A stretch of DNA of 64,000 nt from Thermodesulfobacteriota bacterium. GTDB lineage: Bacteria > Desulfobacterota > Desulfobacteria > Desulfobacterales > C00003060. A program made the translations under genes and the position numbers. The notes under the pieces are model-generated. The model ran no database searches, was not told where the DNA came from, and saw nothing but the letters and a program-made list of their open reading frames with translations. The stretch spans positions 1-64,000 of the forward strand of contig JAXHVD010000017.1 in assembly GCA_034189385.1 (NCBI GenBank), given 5' to 3'. Shown here in pieces: positions 20,330-30,281 of this stretch (its first letter is position 1; every line of letters starts with the position of its first letter).

Positions 20330-20396
20330 ATGCCTGAACTCCTGGGTGTTCAAGGCTGTCTCTCCAAGAATCGCTCAGCTCAAAGTTGTACGTTAG

Positions 20397-20486
20397 CTAG
20401 TTCCGGGCGTTTGGACCAATAGCACAGCAACTCAGCGCTGACTTCTTGACTCTGTATGTCCCCTTCCTAATGACGGTAACTTTCAT
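20397..20486 (-). CDS. Putative RiPP precursor peptide, 29 aa: MKVTVIRKGTYRVKKSALSCCAIGPNARN
   Basis: Hand-translated; AAGGAGGT RBS at 20493-20500; directly upstream of the rSAM/SPASM gene on the same strand; Cys-Cys in the C-terminal half. Confidence 0.85.
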   Translation of the reverse strand: MKVTVIRKGTYRVKKSALSCCAIGPNARN

Positions 20487-21045
20487 CACTCTACCTCCTT
20501 TCTCAAAAGATTTATTGCCATTGCGCGCTTGGCTGGTGACCAATCAACATCACGATGTATGCCATGATTGGCATTTCATCAAAAAAACCCTATTTAGTTG
20601 ATATTGCTTATGCGAATGGCATGAATCAGGTGATGGGCCAGCCTTTCACGGGATCGAAAGTTGGAACTTCGGAAGGTAAGTTCGAAAAGGCGTGCTACAA
20701 GTTCAGACTTGTCGGGATGCGATCGGGCCAAGTGATGGCCTGCAGCTGCCTTTCAGAGAAGGACCCTTAAAGGGCGGGATGCCAGTTCGCAGCACGTTTG
20801 AGGGCGCCGGCCTGACATTATACTATTTTGTGCCAGCAAAGCGATTAACAACGCCTGAAGCGGGTGACTGGACTGAACAAGAATCAACTTCTTTCAGGCG
20901 TTACATTTTCAACGCTCCAGGCTCTGGATCGTTTTACTCACCCGGTTTCAGCAGGCAAAGGCCGTTATCAGCAAGACGATACCCAAGGAGTATTGACGGG
21001 GAACAGAGGATAGCACGAGATGGATTATCTAAACTTGCCCACGAG

Positions 21046-22620
21046 CTAATTCGGATTCAAGGAGACATGTCTCAGGTTGTAGATTCCTTCGTATGTTAGA
21101 GAGAATGGCAGGGTCAGTCTAAACCGTTTAGACATAATATTGATGGCCTTCTTATGGAATAAAAAAGTACCGGGTTGGAGCGAGCTGACTAAGGCGTCTG
21201 TCTGATAAAGGAGCTGCTTCTGTTTTAGCGGGTCCTTTTCATCAATGGCCTCACAGAGAAGATGAGTCACCCCGGGATGGTCGAAACAACCGGCGTCAGA
21301 CCCTTTGTTAAGAGACATACACCATTGATTTCTTAAGTACTCGGGATTACGATAAGCACCCCTAAAATCCGTTATTACAGCCTGAAACGAAGTGTTTGCA
21401 ACGTAGCGCTTTTTAAGCTCTAAGAACGGAAGCGATTCTACTTGCGCGATGATGCCAAGATCATTCAGGCAAAGTCTTATGTATTCAGCCACCTTCTTTT
21501 CGATTTGGCCTTGTTCAAAGACGAGGATAGTGAATTCAAAACGTTTTCCGTCCTTAACAAGATGGCGACCTGCCTCATCATAAGACCAGCCCGCTTCTTT
21601 CAGGAGCTTCAATCCCTGTTGCGGTTCATACCGGATGGGCATGACTTCAGGGTTGTGAAAAGGAGAATCCACACCCATGGGGCCCTCGGCAACAATTCCA
21701 AGGCCTTTAAGGATTTTTTCTACGATGTATTTCCTATCAATGGCAAGGGAGAGAGCCATCCGAGCACTTGTAGCCGAGAAGAGGGGATCCGTTGTATTGT
21801 AAAGGAGGATTGTGTAATGAGGCAGAGGGTAGGTTTCAAAGTAATACCTTTTTTCATACTGATGGGTGATTTCATAGTTTTTTGGAGAGATCTCATGGCC
21901 TACGTCGGTCTTACCTGAAAGGAGTCTTGTCCACGTTTGTTCTTTGTCCGGCTGAAAATGGAAGATAACCCCGTCCAATGCAGGGCGGCCTCGAAAGTAG
22001 TCTTCATTGGCTACAAGGCCCACTTCGCTGCCGCCTTTTCTATATTGAAATCTGAACGGACCAGAGCCAACAGGGTGATTATAATAATCTATCTTACCAT
22101 TGTTCGATTGGTGGACAACCGGCATGTCCCACGTCTTAAAAAGAAAGTCTGGTTCGTCTCTCGTCAGAACCATACTGAGAGCTGTATCCGACAAGAGGGA
22201 AATCTTTTCAACCAAAGATAAGAGAGAAGGATGATGCTTCTTAAGCACCGTCTGAAACGAATACTGCACATCCTTTGAAGTCACAGGTTCTTTGTTGTGG
22301 AATAGAGCATTTTCTCGGAGGTGGATGGTCCAGGTAAGACCCTTTGAATCATAGCTCCACTTGGAGGCGAGATCCGCCTCTATTTTTCCATGGCAGTTCG
22401 GAACAACTAGAAAACCGTATAGTAAAGGGAAGACGTGGTTTGAACCGGAGAATTCAAATCGTGCAGGATCCAAAGAGTCAAAAGGGGCGTTGACATCATA
22501 GTGAAGTATATTCTCGTTTCCAGGTGTTTCCACTGTAGTAAGAACACCTGGTCCTTCGCAGGAGACACAAAGGGTGGCAAGGAGAACGGCAATCACGGCC
22601 CATAGGGGGAATCTGTGCAT
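21046..22620 (-). CDS. OppA/DppA-family (SBP family 5) peptide-binding lipoprotein
   Basis: Lipobox-like LCVSC, SLDP, WTIHLR..FH..PVTSKDVQYSF, PVGSGPF, RMALSLAIDR; no permease or ATPase adjacent; alternative start 22704. Confidence 0.88.
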   Translation of the reverse strand: MHRFPLWAVIAVLLATLCVSCEGPGVLTTVETPGNENILHYDVNAPFDSLDPARFEFSGSNHVFPLLYGFLVVPNCHGKIEADLASKWSYDSKGLTWTIHLRENALFHNKEPVTSKDVQYSFQTVLKKHHPSLLSLVEKISLLSDTALSMVLTRDEPDFLFKTWDMPVVHQSNNGKIDYYNHPVGSGPFRFQYRKGGSEVGLVANEDYFRGRPALDGVIFHFQPDKEQTWTRLLSGKTDVGHEISPKNYEITHQYEKRYYFETYPLPHYTILLYNTTDPLFSATSARMALSLAIDRKYIVEKILKGLGIVAEGPMGVDSPFHNPEVMPIRYEPQQGLKLLKEAGWSYDEAGRHLVKDGKRFEFTILVFEQGQIEKKVAEYIRLCLNDLGIIAQVESLPFLELKKRYVANTSFQAVITDFRGAYRNPEYLRNQWCMSLNKGSDAGCFDHPGVTHLLCEAIDEKDPLKQKQLLYQTDALVSSLQPGTFLFHKKAINIMSKRFRLTLPFSLTYEGIYNLRHVSLNPN

Positions 22621-22913
22621 TGATGACAAGAATACCTCAGAGAGTTTGTATCTGGATTGATTGGCCTTTTTCCCATTATGCACACAGATATCGTTTTTTT
22701 TCAAGACTGAGAGGTGCCTGCTGTTCCGTGTCGGCCTGGTGCGCCACGTTCTCGTCTCGATTGGTCGCTATGAGGCGTTCACGGGGTCAGGGGGTGAGGG
22801 CTTGAGCGGATGGTCGAAGGTGGCGAATAGGGCTTCCCTTTACAAAGGGGAAAAAACCTCCTATGTTGCGGGCCAACATGCCCCTTGACGCTCTTCTTAT
22901 ATAGCGGCCTGTC

Positions 22914-24656
22914 ATGAAAAAGAGGAAAAGACTATTTCACAGGTATCTCTTGTTTGTATTGCCCCTGGTGATCCTGTCGGTAATGATCACAGGGGGCGCC
23001 CTTTCCTGGATCTGCTATCGACACTTCCAAGAGACGATCAACAGCAGTTACAAAAATATCATTAGAGGCTCTGCCGGCGAGATCGGCCTTTTTATGAAAG
23101 ATGCCCAAAAGGGACTGGAAGGGCTAGCCTGGGTGATCGCTGCTACCAAACTGGACCCCTGGCAAAAAGAGATGGCCCTTGCAGCCTTTCATCATACGGC
23201 AGAAGAGTTCATGTTCCTCTCCCTGGTCTCCCCGGAAGGGGAAGATCTCCTGACTAGCGGCTGGCAAGGAAACGACGTGGCCTATGTTCGGTCCGAAATA
23301 TTCCAAGAAGCGCTGCAAGGCGAGAGAGGCATTTCCGATGTGATGGTGGCACAGAGGGACATCCCCTACGTCTATTTGGCCGTTCCCATATTACACCTGG
23401 GCGCAGTCAAGGAGGTCCTATGGGGTCAACTGAATCTGAAGTCCGTATGGGACGTGTTAGAGGGGATCAAGGTGGGCGCCACGGGCCGGGTGTCTATCTT
23501 GGATTTGTCGGGGCGCTTGATCGGAGACGTGGAAATGTCGAGGGTGGTGAAGCCGACTTGGCCTCAACGGCAGGAGATTCTTGAAGCGTTGCAAGACACT
23601 CATGAGCCCCTGGCATGGATGGAAGAGGAAGACCACTCGAGTTTTTATTGCCTTGGCTACCGAATTCCCAATCTAGATTGGATCATTGTCCTGAGGCAAC
23701 GTTGCGCGGAGACCTATGCCTATTTGTACAAGAGCATCCTTTGGGGGGCCCTGATCACAGCGGCCATCTGCCTCGCAGCGGTCCTTGCAGGGTGGAATCG
23801 GGTGGAGCACTTCTTGGCGCCCATCCAGACCCTTCACGGCCAGGTGCAAAGGATAGGTGGGGGTGATCTCGACCAGAGGGTCTCTGTTGACACGGGCGAT
23901 GAGATCGGCGATCTGGCCGAAGCCTTCAATGATATGACCGATTCGCTCAAGAGACTCATTGAGCGGGAAGTGGCCTCGGCCAAGGAGCTGGCCCATGCCA
24001 AGAACCTGGCTGTCCTGGGCTCGACTTCGAGCAAGGTCACCCATGAGGTGGGAAATCTCCTAAACAATGTGGGCCTGACCCTTTCCATTCTTAAGAATGA
24101 AGGACTCAGCCCAGGAGGAGAAAACGCCCTTCACATATTGGAGAAAGACTCGGCCCGCGTGAAAGAGTTCATCGCCAATTTTCTGCAATTTGCGAAAACA
24201 CCGGAGCTGCACCTGGAGAGGAGACCCTTGGAAGGGATACTGCGCGAAGTCCTCTTTCTCTACCAAGGAGGAAGCGAGAAAGGGGCCATCGAACTGGAGC
24301 TGGATTGGCCGCCCGACCTGCCCCCTGTCCTTATGGATCAGGGGCTCATGTACCAGGTCTTTCACAATCTGGTAAAGAACGGCATGGAGGCCATGGGCGA
24401 TTCAGGCAAGATCGAGATCACAGGAAGGGTTGACGGAGAACATCTGGTTGTTGTCTTAAAAGACACGGGGCCGGGCATGGGGCCGGAGGTTCTGGAGCAG
24501 ATCTTTGATCCCTTTTACACCACCAAAGGGAAAAAAGGCACGGGCCTCGGCCTTTCCATCGTGAAGACTATTGTACAGGCCCATCGCGGCACCATCGAAT
24601 GCCAGAGTCAGTTGGGCAGCGGAACGACCTTTATCGTTCGTCTGCCATTGCAGTAG
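22914..24656 (+). CDS. Membrane sensor histidine kinase (Cache-HAMP-HisKA-HATPase)
   Basis: Two TM helices, DEIGDLAEAFNDM HAMP, THEVGN H-box, NLVKNG, DTGPG, FYTTK, GTGLGL. Confidence 0.93.
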   Translation: MKKRKRLFHRYLLFVLPLVILSVMITGGALSWICYRHFQETINSSYKNIIRGSAGEIGLFMKDAQKGLEGLAWVIAATKLDPWQKEMALAAFHHTAEEFMFLSLVSPEGEDLLTSGWQGNDVAYVRSEIFQEALQGERGISDVMVAQRDIPYVYLAVPILHLGAVKEVLWGQLNLKSVWDVLEGIKVGATGRVSILDLSGRLIGDVEMSRVVKPTWPQRQEILEALQDTHEPLAWMEEEDHSSFYCLGYRIPNLDWIIVLRQRCAETYAYLYKSILWGALITAAICLAAVLAGWNRVEHFLAPIQTLHGQVQRIGGGDLDQRVSVDTGDEIGDLAEAFNDMTDSLKRLIEREVASAKELAHAKNLAVLGSTSSKVTHEVGNLLNNVGLTLSILKNEGLSPGGENALHILEKDSARVKEFIANFLQFAKTPELHLERRPLEGILREVLFLYQGGSEKGAIELELDWPPDLPPVLMDQGLMYQVFHNLVKNGMEAMGDSGKIEITGRVDGEHLVVVLKDTGPGMGPEVLEQIFDPFYTTKGKKGTGLGLSIVKTIVQAHRGTIECQSQLGSGTTFIVRLPLQ

Positions 24657-24835
24657 CGCTCCACCGACTCATGGGGCAGATTGTAGAAATAAGAATTCAC
24701 CGCGCAGAGTCTATTTTTCTAGATCATCTTCCGACTAGTTGTAGCTCATGAAGGCAAGTCAAGTGAACAATCTTCAAGTGAATAGGTGTGGTTTCAAAGG
24801 GTGCAAGGGTTCAAGGTGCCGAGGGTTCAAGTGAA

Positions 24836-25207
24836 ATGCTGAAGAATTACAAAGAGTTGACTGTCTGGCAAAAGTCATATGAGCTTTGTCTGAAAGTATA
24901 TAGAATAACGGCACAATTCCCAAATGAAGAAAGATACGGTCTCACCTCACAGATAAGAAGATCTGCTGTCTCTATTCCTTCTAATATCGCAGAAGGATAT
25001 GGAAGAAAGACAATCGTTGATTATATTAGGATGCTTTACATCTCTTACGGTTCCGTTTGTGAACTGGAAACCCAGATATTGTTAGCTGGAGATTTAGGCT
25101 ACATTGAAAAAGGCACATTGGGTAGAGCAAAAAAGGACGTTGCAGAAACCGAAAGAATGTTAAAGGCGTTGATAAAATCGTTAGAAAACAAATCCTTGAA
25201 TCCTTGA
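24836..25207 (+). CDS. Four-helix bundle protein (23S rRNA intervening-sequence protein family)
   Basis: YKELTVWQKS, FPNEERYGLTSQIRRSAVSIPSNIAEG, GSVCELETQ. Confidence 0.92.
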   Translation: MLKNYKELTVWQKSYELCLKVYRITAQFPNEERYGLTSQIRRSAVSIPSNIAEGYGRKTIVDYIRMLYISYGSVCELETQILLAGDLGYIEKGTLGRAKKDVAETERMLKALIKSLENKSLNP

Positions 25208-25388
25208 CCCCTTGAGTCCTTGGACCCTTTTCTCCAACTAGATCGGAGAAGAACCATTTCACTTTTTGTCCTTCGCGTCTCAAGCGAGTGAATGCGAGCG
25301 GGCGGTGAGTCCATGCAGAGATGTCAATGATGGTATTGGCAAGTACCCCCTGCCGGCGTCATGAGGGGCCTTGCTATGTGCGTGGCCC

Positions 25389-26462
25389 TTACCGGGGCTG
25401 AAGATGAAGGTGCTCATAGAGTTTGTTGAAGTCAAAGGCTTGATTTACTAACTCCATGGCCCGATCTATCTTTTGCTTCTCTTCCAGACGGAACCTTCCC
25501 ACCATGGCCTCCACGTTTTTGGCCACAGAGTACGTATCCTCCCTGGCCACGAGGATCGGCACACCCTTTGCCTCGCCCCTGGCGATGATGGTGTCATTAG
25601 GGTAGAGGTTCCCGGAGAGTATAAGGCACCGGACATCGTTTTCTATGGCCACCAGTTGAATGTCTGTCCTGTCCCCTCCCACGATGACGGCCGAGTTGGG
25701 GCTTTTGAGCAGATACGTGATAAACTTATCCACCTGCATGCCGCCGACCAGGAAATTCTCAACCAAGGCTTTGAGCCCGTCCTTTCCACAGACGACGTCG
25801 GCCCCCAGATGGTCTACCAGGTCCCTCACCGCCATGGCCCCCAACAAGGTGTCGGCAGGCAGGGAGCCGAATACCTCTATCCCCTTTCGCTGCAGAAAGG
25901 GGGAGACGAATTCCTTGATCGCCTCCAGGTCCACGGCCTCTACCCTGTTAAATACCACCCCCAGCATGGGACTGCCCAGGACCTTCTTCAACTCCATGAC
26001 AAAGTCGACACAGAAATCACATTCATACTTTTCAACAAAGAGGGCCTGGGCGTCCAAGGCCTTGATAAGCTGGAGGCCCGACAAGTCGAAGGAACTCCCC
26101 TCGCTGAAATTGCTGTCCGAACTTACCACCACCAGATCCTTGTTTGCCGATATTCTCTTGAAGGCCCCTTCTACCTTTTCCTGCAATCCTCTCACATCCT
26201 CTTCAAAGTTCTGCATGATCAGGTCCTGGGTGATGATGACCGGGCATACGTCTTCAATGGCATCTTCTAGTTGAAAGAGGCGATGAGTGAGCCATGCGCC
26301 TTCATCGGTGACAGTGTTTTCCACCTTTGCGGGAAGGTGTCCCACCGGCTTGAAATAACCCACGTTGAAGCCGTCTTTTCTGAGCCGGTCGATCAAGCCA
26401 ATGGTTAGGAGATTCTTGCCGGCGCCCCTCTGGATGGACGTCACGTATAAGGGGATCATCAT
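25389..26462 (-). CDS. Phosphotransacetylase N-terminal-like (BioD/AAA_26 + DRTGG) protein
   Basis: GAGKN, GYFKPVG, IVGGDRTDIQL, LILSGNL. Confidence 0.88.
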   Translation of the reverse strand: MMIPLYVTSIQRGAGKNLLTIGLIDRLRKDGFNVGYFKPVGHLPAKVENTVTDEGAWLTHRLFQLEDAIEDVCPVIITQDLIMQNFEEDVRGLQEKVEGAFKRISANKDLVVVSSDSNFSEGSSFDLSGLQLIKALDAQALFVEKYECDFCVDFVMELKKVLGSPMLGVVFNRVEAVDLEAIKEFVSPFLQRKGIEVFGSLPADTLLGAMAVRDLVDHLGADVVCGKDGLKALVENFLVGGMQVDKFITYLLKSPNSAVIVGGDRTDIQLVAIENDVRCLILSGNLYPNDTIIARGEAKGVPILVAREDTYSVAKNVEAMVGRFRLEEKQKIDRAMELVNQAFDFNKLYEHLHLQPR

Positions 26463-26759
26463 GGCCTCCTCTCTTGCATATCCACAACAGCCATATCATG
26501 GGACAGGATACTGGAGATGGCATCGTTCTCTTAAAAAGCCAGAACATCGTTCCACAGCAGAGCAGAGTGTACCGCAAAAGGCCGTCTCCTGCAATCCAAA
26601 GGGCGAAGATGGTATTGCCTTGAGTTTTTTCGCGCCTTTAAGTAAGTTCGTGGCAATTCCGGACTTGCCGGCTTCCTTCTAAAACCTCTGCCGGCAATCA
26701 CAACGGCCATGAGGGGGAGATGGAGATGAGCCGTGGGTCCAGGAAAGGGACTGGCCATC

Positions 26760-27209
26760 ATGACAGGACGTGAATACCCTGAAAGCCCCCAGACTGCCGT
26801 GGGGGCCATTGTTGTGAAAGATGAAAAGGTGCTAATGGTCAAACGGGTCCACGCGCCGGGGAAGGGGTTATGGGCCATCCCCGGCGGTGGCGTGAAGCTG
26901 GGTGAGACCCTGGAAGAGGCAGCCGAGCGCGAGGTCAAGGAAGAAACAGGAATCGTGATTCGAGCCAGAGGCCCTGTATATACCTTTGATCTTATTGAGC
27001 GCGATGCGGCCGGCCGGATCCGGTTTCACTATGTGATTGTCGACCTTTTGGCCGATTATGTAAGGGGCCAGCCCAGGCCCCGTGATGATGCCTCCGAGGC
27101 CCGCTGGGTTGGGGCCGAGGAACTGGATGGTCTGCCGGCCAGTGACACGACAAAGGATCTCCTTAAGAGGCTGACAGACCTGGACCAGTTCTTCTTGACG
27201 GTTTCGTGA
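26760..27209 (+). CDS. NUDIX hydrolase
   Basis: GGGVKLGETLEEAAEREVKEETG Nudix box. Confidence 0.92.
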   Translation: MTGREYPESPQTAVGAIVVKDEKVLMVKRVHAPGKGLWAIPGGGVKLGETLEEAAEREVKEETGIVIRARGPVYTFDLIERDAAGRIRFHYVIVDLLADYVRGQPRPRDDASEARWVGAEELDGLPASDTTKDLLKRLTDLDQFFLTVS

Positions 27210-27284
27210 GAAGCTTCTCCCCTTGGTTCGGGCAACAGCCCGTCTTGTTTTGACACCTCACTCTCTTTCTGCTAGACACCCCTC

Positions 27285-30281
27285 ATGCCAAGTCGTCTGG
27301 AAATCACCCTACAGCCCGAGCTCTTTGACGCAGAGGGTGCTGCCATTTGCCGCAAGGCGAATGACTATTTCGGGTACCGTATCGCGTCCGTTCGCACGGT
27401 GCACATCCTGACCATTGATGTGGCACTGGAGAACCAGCAGCTCGAGTCTATCCAACAAGAGGCCTTTACCAACCCGGTGGTTCAGGTTTCGTCTTATGAT
27501 CCCCTTGACATCGATTTTGATTGGAGTCTCTGGATCGGCTACCGGCCTGGGGTGCGGGACAATCCTGGAAGTACGGCCGTAGAGGCCATTGAGGATCTCC
27601 TGGGGATCCGCCTGAAACCCCATGAGGGGGTGTACACCTCAAAGCGCTACTGCCTAAAGGGGGGCGATCTGGCCTTTGAGGATGCCGATCGGATTGCCCG
27701 GGAACTTCTGGCCAATGACATTATTCAACAGTGGAAGGTGTTTTCCAGAGAGGGCTGGGATCCCAAGCAAGGGGTGGGCATCATCATCCCCAAGGTAAGA
27801 CTGGATCACAACCCTGAAGTGGCAGTGATTCCCATTGATACTGATGAAACCCTCATGAGGGTCAGCAAGGAACGGAGTCTGGCCTTACATCCCAATGATA
27901 TCCCAACGATTCGCGCCTACTTCTTGAGAGCGGATGTCCTTGAGCAGCGCCGAGCCGTCCAGCTTTCAGACCCCACCGATGTAGAGCTGGAATATATCTC
28001 CCAGGCCAGGAGCGATCACTGCAACCACAACACCTTCAAAGGCCTGTTTCACTACCGGGACCTGGCCACCGGTGAAACCCAGGTGGCCGATGACCTCTTT
28101 GCTACTTGTATCGAGGCCCCCACCTTGGCCATCAAGGAGAAAAAGCCCTGGGTCGTTTCCGTTCTCTGGGACAATGCAGGGGTGGGCCGCTTTAACGATG
28201 ACTACTACTATGTGATTACAGGAGAGACGCACAATTCTCCGTCCAACATGGAGGCCTATGGCGGTGCCATTACAGGGATCGTAGGGGTCTATCGAGACCC
28301 CATGGGCACGGGCAAGGGCTCCAGGCTGATCATGGGGATGTACGGCTATTGCGTGGGCCCTCGAGAATACCGGGGAGAGCTCAAGCCGCGCCTTCACCCA
28401 AAGCGCTTGCTAGACGGGGTGATAGAAGGGGTCCGGGATGGGGGCAACAAGAGCGGCATTCCTACCCCTTATGGCCAGGTGTGGTTTCACGAGGGATATC
28501 TCGGCAAGTGCCTGGTCTTTGTGACGGCCATGGGCCTCATGCCTGCACAGGTTCGAGGGGCGCCTTGCGAGGAAAAGACGACATCTCCTGGCGACCTGGT
28601 CGTCATGTGTGGCGGCAGAGTGGGAAAGGATGGGATCCACGGCGTAACAGCGGCCTCTGAAGGCTTTTCAGCCGAAACCCCTGCCGGCCATGTCCAGATT
28701 GGGGACCCCTATACCCAGAAGAAGATGCAGGACTTTCTCTTAGAGGCGAGAGACGAGGGCCTTGTTGCCTTTATCACGGACAATGGCGGTGGCGGGCTTT
28801 CATCGTCTATAGGCGAATCGGCCCGGTTCAGCAACGGGTGCATCATTGAATTGGACAAGGTCCCCCTCAAATACGAGGGGCTGGACCACTGGGAAATCTG
28901 GGTCTCTGAGTCTCAGGAACGCATGACCATTGCCATCAAAGAAGAAGATCACGACCGCTTCATGGCCCTTTCCAAGAAACATGCCGTGGAAAGTACGGTC
29001 ATCGGTCGCTATACAGATACAGGCAAACTGCACATTACGTACCATGGTAAGACCTGTGCCTATGTGGATCTTGATTTACTGACTTCCCAGTTTCCACAGT
29101 GGACCTTTGAGGCCGAATGGACCCCTCCTGCCCTCCGGGGGCTTTCAGAGCCTGTCCTTTCAGAACCAGAAGATCCGTCCCAGGTGCTTCTGGATCTCCT
29201 TTCCCGGCCCAACATCTGTTCCAAAGAATGGATCGTCCGGCAATATGACCATGAAGTCCAGGGCACCAGCGTGATCAAGCCCCTGTTGGGAAAGGACCGG
29301 GATGTAAACAGCGATGCCGTTGTCATCCGTCCTGTCCTGGACTCCCTTCAAGGGCTTGCCGCGTCCCAGGCCCTGCTGCCCACCTATTCTGAGATTGACA
29401 CCTATCACATGGTTGCCTGTGTCATGGACGAGGCCGTGCGGCGTGTGGTGGCCGTGGGTGGGGACCCAGATCGTCTGGCAGGGGTGGACAACTTCTGCTG
29501 GCCCTCTGTCCAGCATGACCCCAAAGAGAACCCTGATGGCAAGTACAAGGCCGCCCAACTGGTAAGAGCCAACTGGGCCCTGAGGGATCTCTGCCAGGCC
29601 TATGAGATCCCGCTCCTTTCAGGAAAAGACAGCATGTATGTGGACGGACACCTCAAGGGGCGATACGGCGAGACCCACAAGGTCTCTGCCCTTCCCACGC
29701 TGCAGTTTTCTTGTACCACCGTCGTTGAAGACATTACCCGGTGCACGACCATGGATGCCAAGTTTGCCGGAGACCTGGTCTATCTATTGGGGGAGACGGG
29801 AAACGAACTGGGCGCTTCTGAGTATTACGAACACCTTGGCTACGTGGGGCTCCATGTGCCCAAGGTGACCCCTGGGGCATTCATGACATTGTATCGGGCC
29901 GTGGCTTCGGCCATCAAGGAAGACCTGGTAGCGTCTTGCCACGGGATCTATCGTGGGGGGCTGGCCATCCATCTGGCCATGGTGGCCATGGCAGGGGGCC
30001 TGGGCATGACCATTGACCTTTCCAAGGTCCCCAGAAGGGATGCTGACCAGGACCAGGTGCTCCTCTATTCAGAGACGCCTGGTCGGTTCATTGTGACGAT
30101 CGATCCAAGGGATCAATCGTCCTTTGAATCCTTTGTAGGGACCCTTCCTCATGCCTGTATCGGGACGGTGTCTGAAGGGCCGGATCTCTCGGTCAAGGGC
30201 CTGAAAGGGGGCCCCCTCATCTCGGTACCAGTGGCCGCATTGAAGGCGGCCTGGAAGGGGCCTTTTGGAGGGCTTATATGA
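27285..30281 (+). CDS. purL: Phosphoribosylformylglycinamidine synthase PurL (with PurS-like N-terminus)
   Basis: SDHCNH, ETHNSPS, GGRVGKDGIHG, VQIGDP, DNGGGG, SESQERM, QYDHEV, SGKDS. Confidence 0.95.
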   Translation: MPSRLEITLQPELFDAEGAAICRKANDYFGYRIASVRTVHILTIDVALENQQLESIQQEAFTNPVVQVSSYDPLDIDFDWSLWIGYRPGVRDNPGSTAVEAIEDLLGIRLKPHEGVYTSKRYCLKGGDLAFEDADRIARELLANDIIQQWKVFSREGWDPKQGVGIIIPKVRLDHNPEVAVIPIDTDETLMRVSKERSLALHPNDIPTIRAYFLRADVLEQRRAVQLSDPTDVELEYISQARSDHCNHNTFKGLFHYRDLATGETQVADDLFATCIEAPTLAIKEKKPWVVSVLWDNAGVGRFNDDYYYVITGETHNSPSNMEAYGGAITGIVGVYRDPMGTGKGSRLIMGMYGYCVGPREYRGELKPRLHPKRLLDGVIEGVRDGGNKSGIPTPYGQVWFHEGYLGKCLVFVTAMGLMPAQVRGAPCEEKTTSPGDLVVMCGGRVGKDGIHGVTAASEGFSAETPAGHVQIGDPYTQKKMQDFLLEARDEGLVAFITDNGGGGLSSSIGESARFSNGCIIELDKVPLKYEGLDHWEIWVSESQERMTIAIKEEDHDRFMALSKKHAVESTVIGRYTDTGKLHITYHGKTCAYVDLDLLTSQFPQWTFEAEWTPPALRGLSEPVLSEPEDPSQVLLDLLSRPNICSKEWIVRQYDHEVQGTSVIKPLLGKDRDVNSDAVVIRPVLDSLQGLAASQALLPTYSEIDTYHMVACVMDEAVRRVVAVGGDPDRLAGVDNFCWPSVQHDPKENPDGKYKAAQLVRANWALRDLCQAYEIPLLSGKDSMYVDGHLKGRYGETHKVSALPTLQFSCTTVVEDITRCTTMDAKFAGDLVYLLGETGNELGASEYYEHLGYVGLHVPKVTPGAFMTLYRAVASAIKEDLVASCHGIYRGGLAIHLAMVAMAGGLGMTIDLSKVPRRDADQDQVLLYSETPGRFIVTIDPRDQSSFESFVGTLPHACIGTVSEGPDLSVKGLKGGPLISVPVAALKAAWKGPFGGLI

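Noticed and set aside
20549..20564. sigma54 promoter for the precursor (TGGCAT-ACATC-GTGAT; also TGGCAC at 20830-20835)
   Set aside because: The -12 GC is missing in both, too degenerate to call, so a positive-feedback loop is unproven
24814..24823. 10-bp match to the tRNA-Phe 3' end as an att site
   Set aside because: Too short, no integrase, and core genes (purL/purQ) lie in between
24836..25207. Diversity-generating retroelement (Avd-like gene)
   Set aside because: No reverse transcriptase and no TR/VR pair with adenine-specific differences
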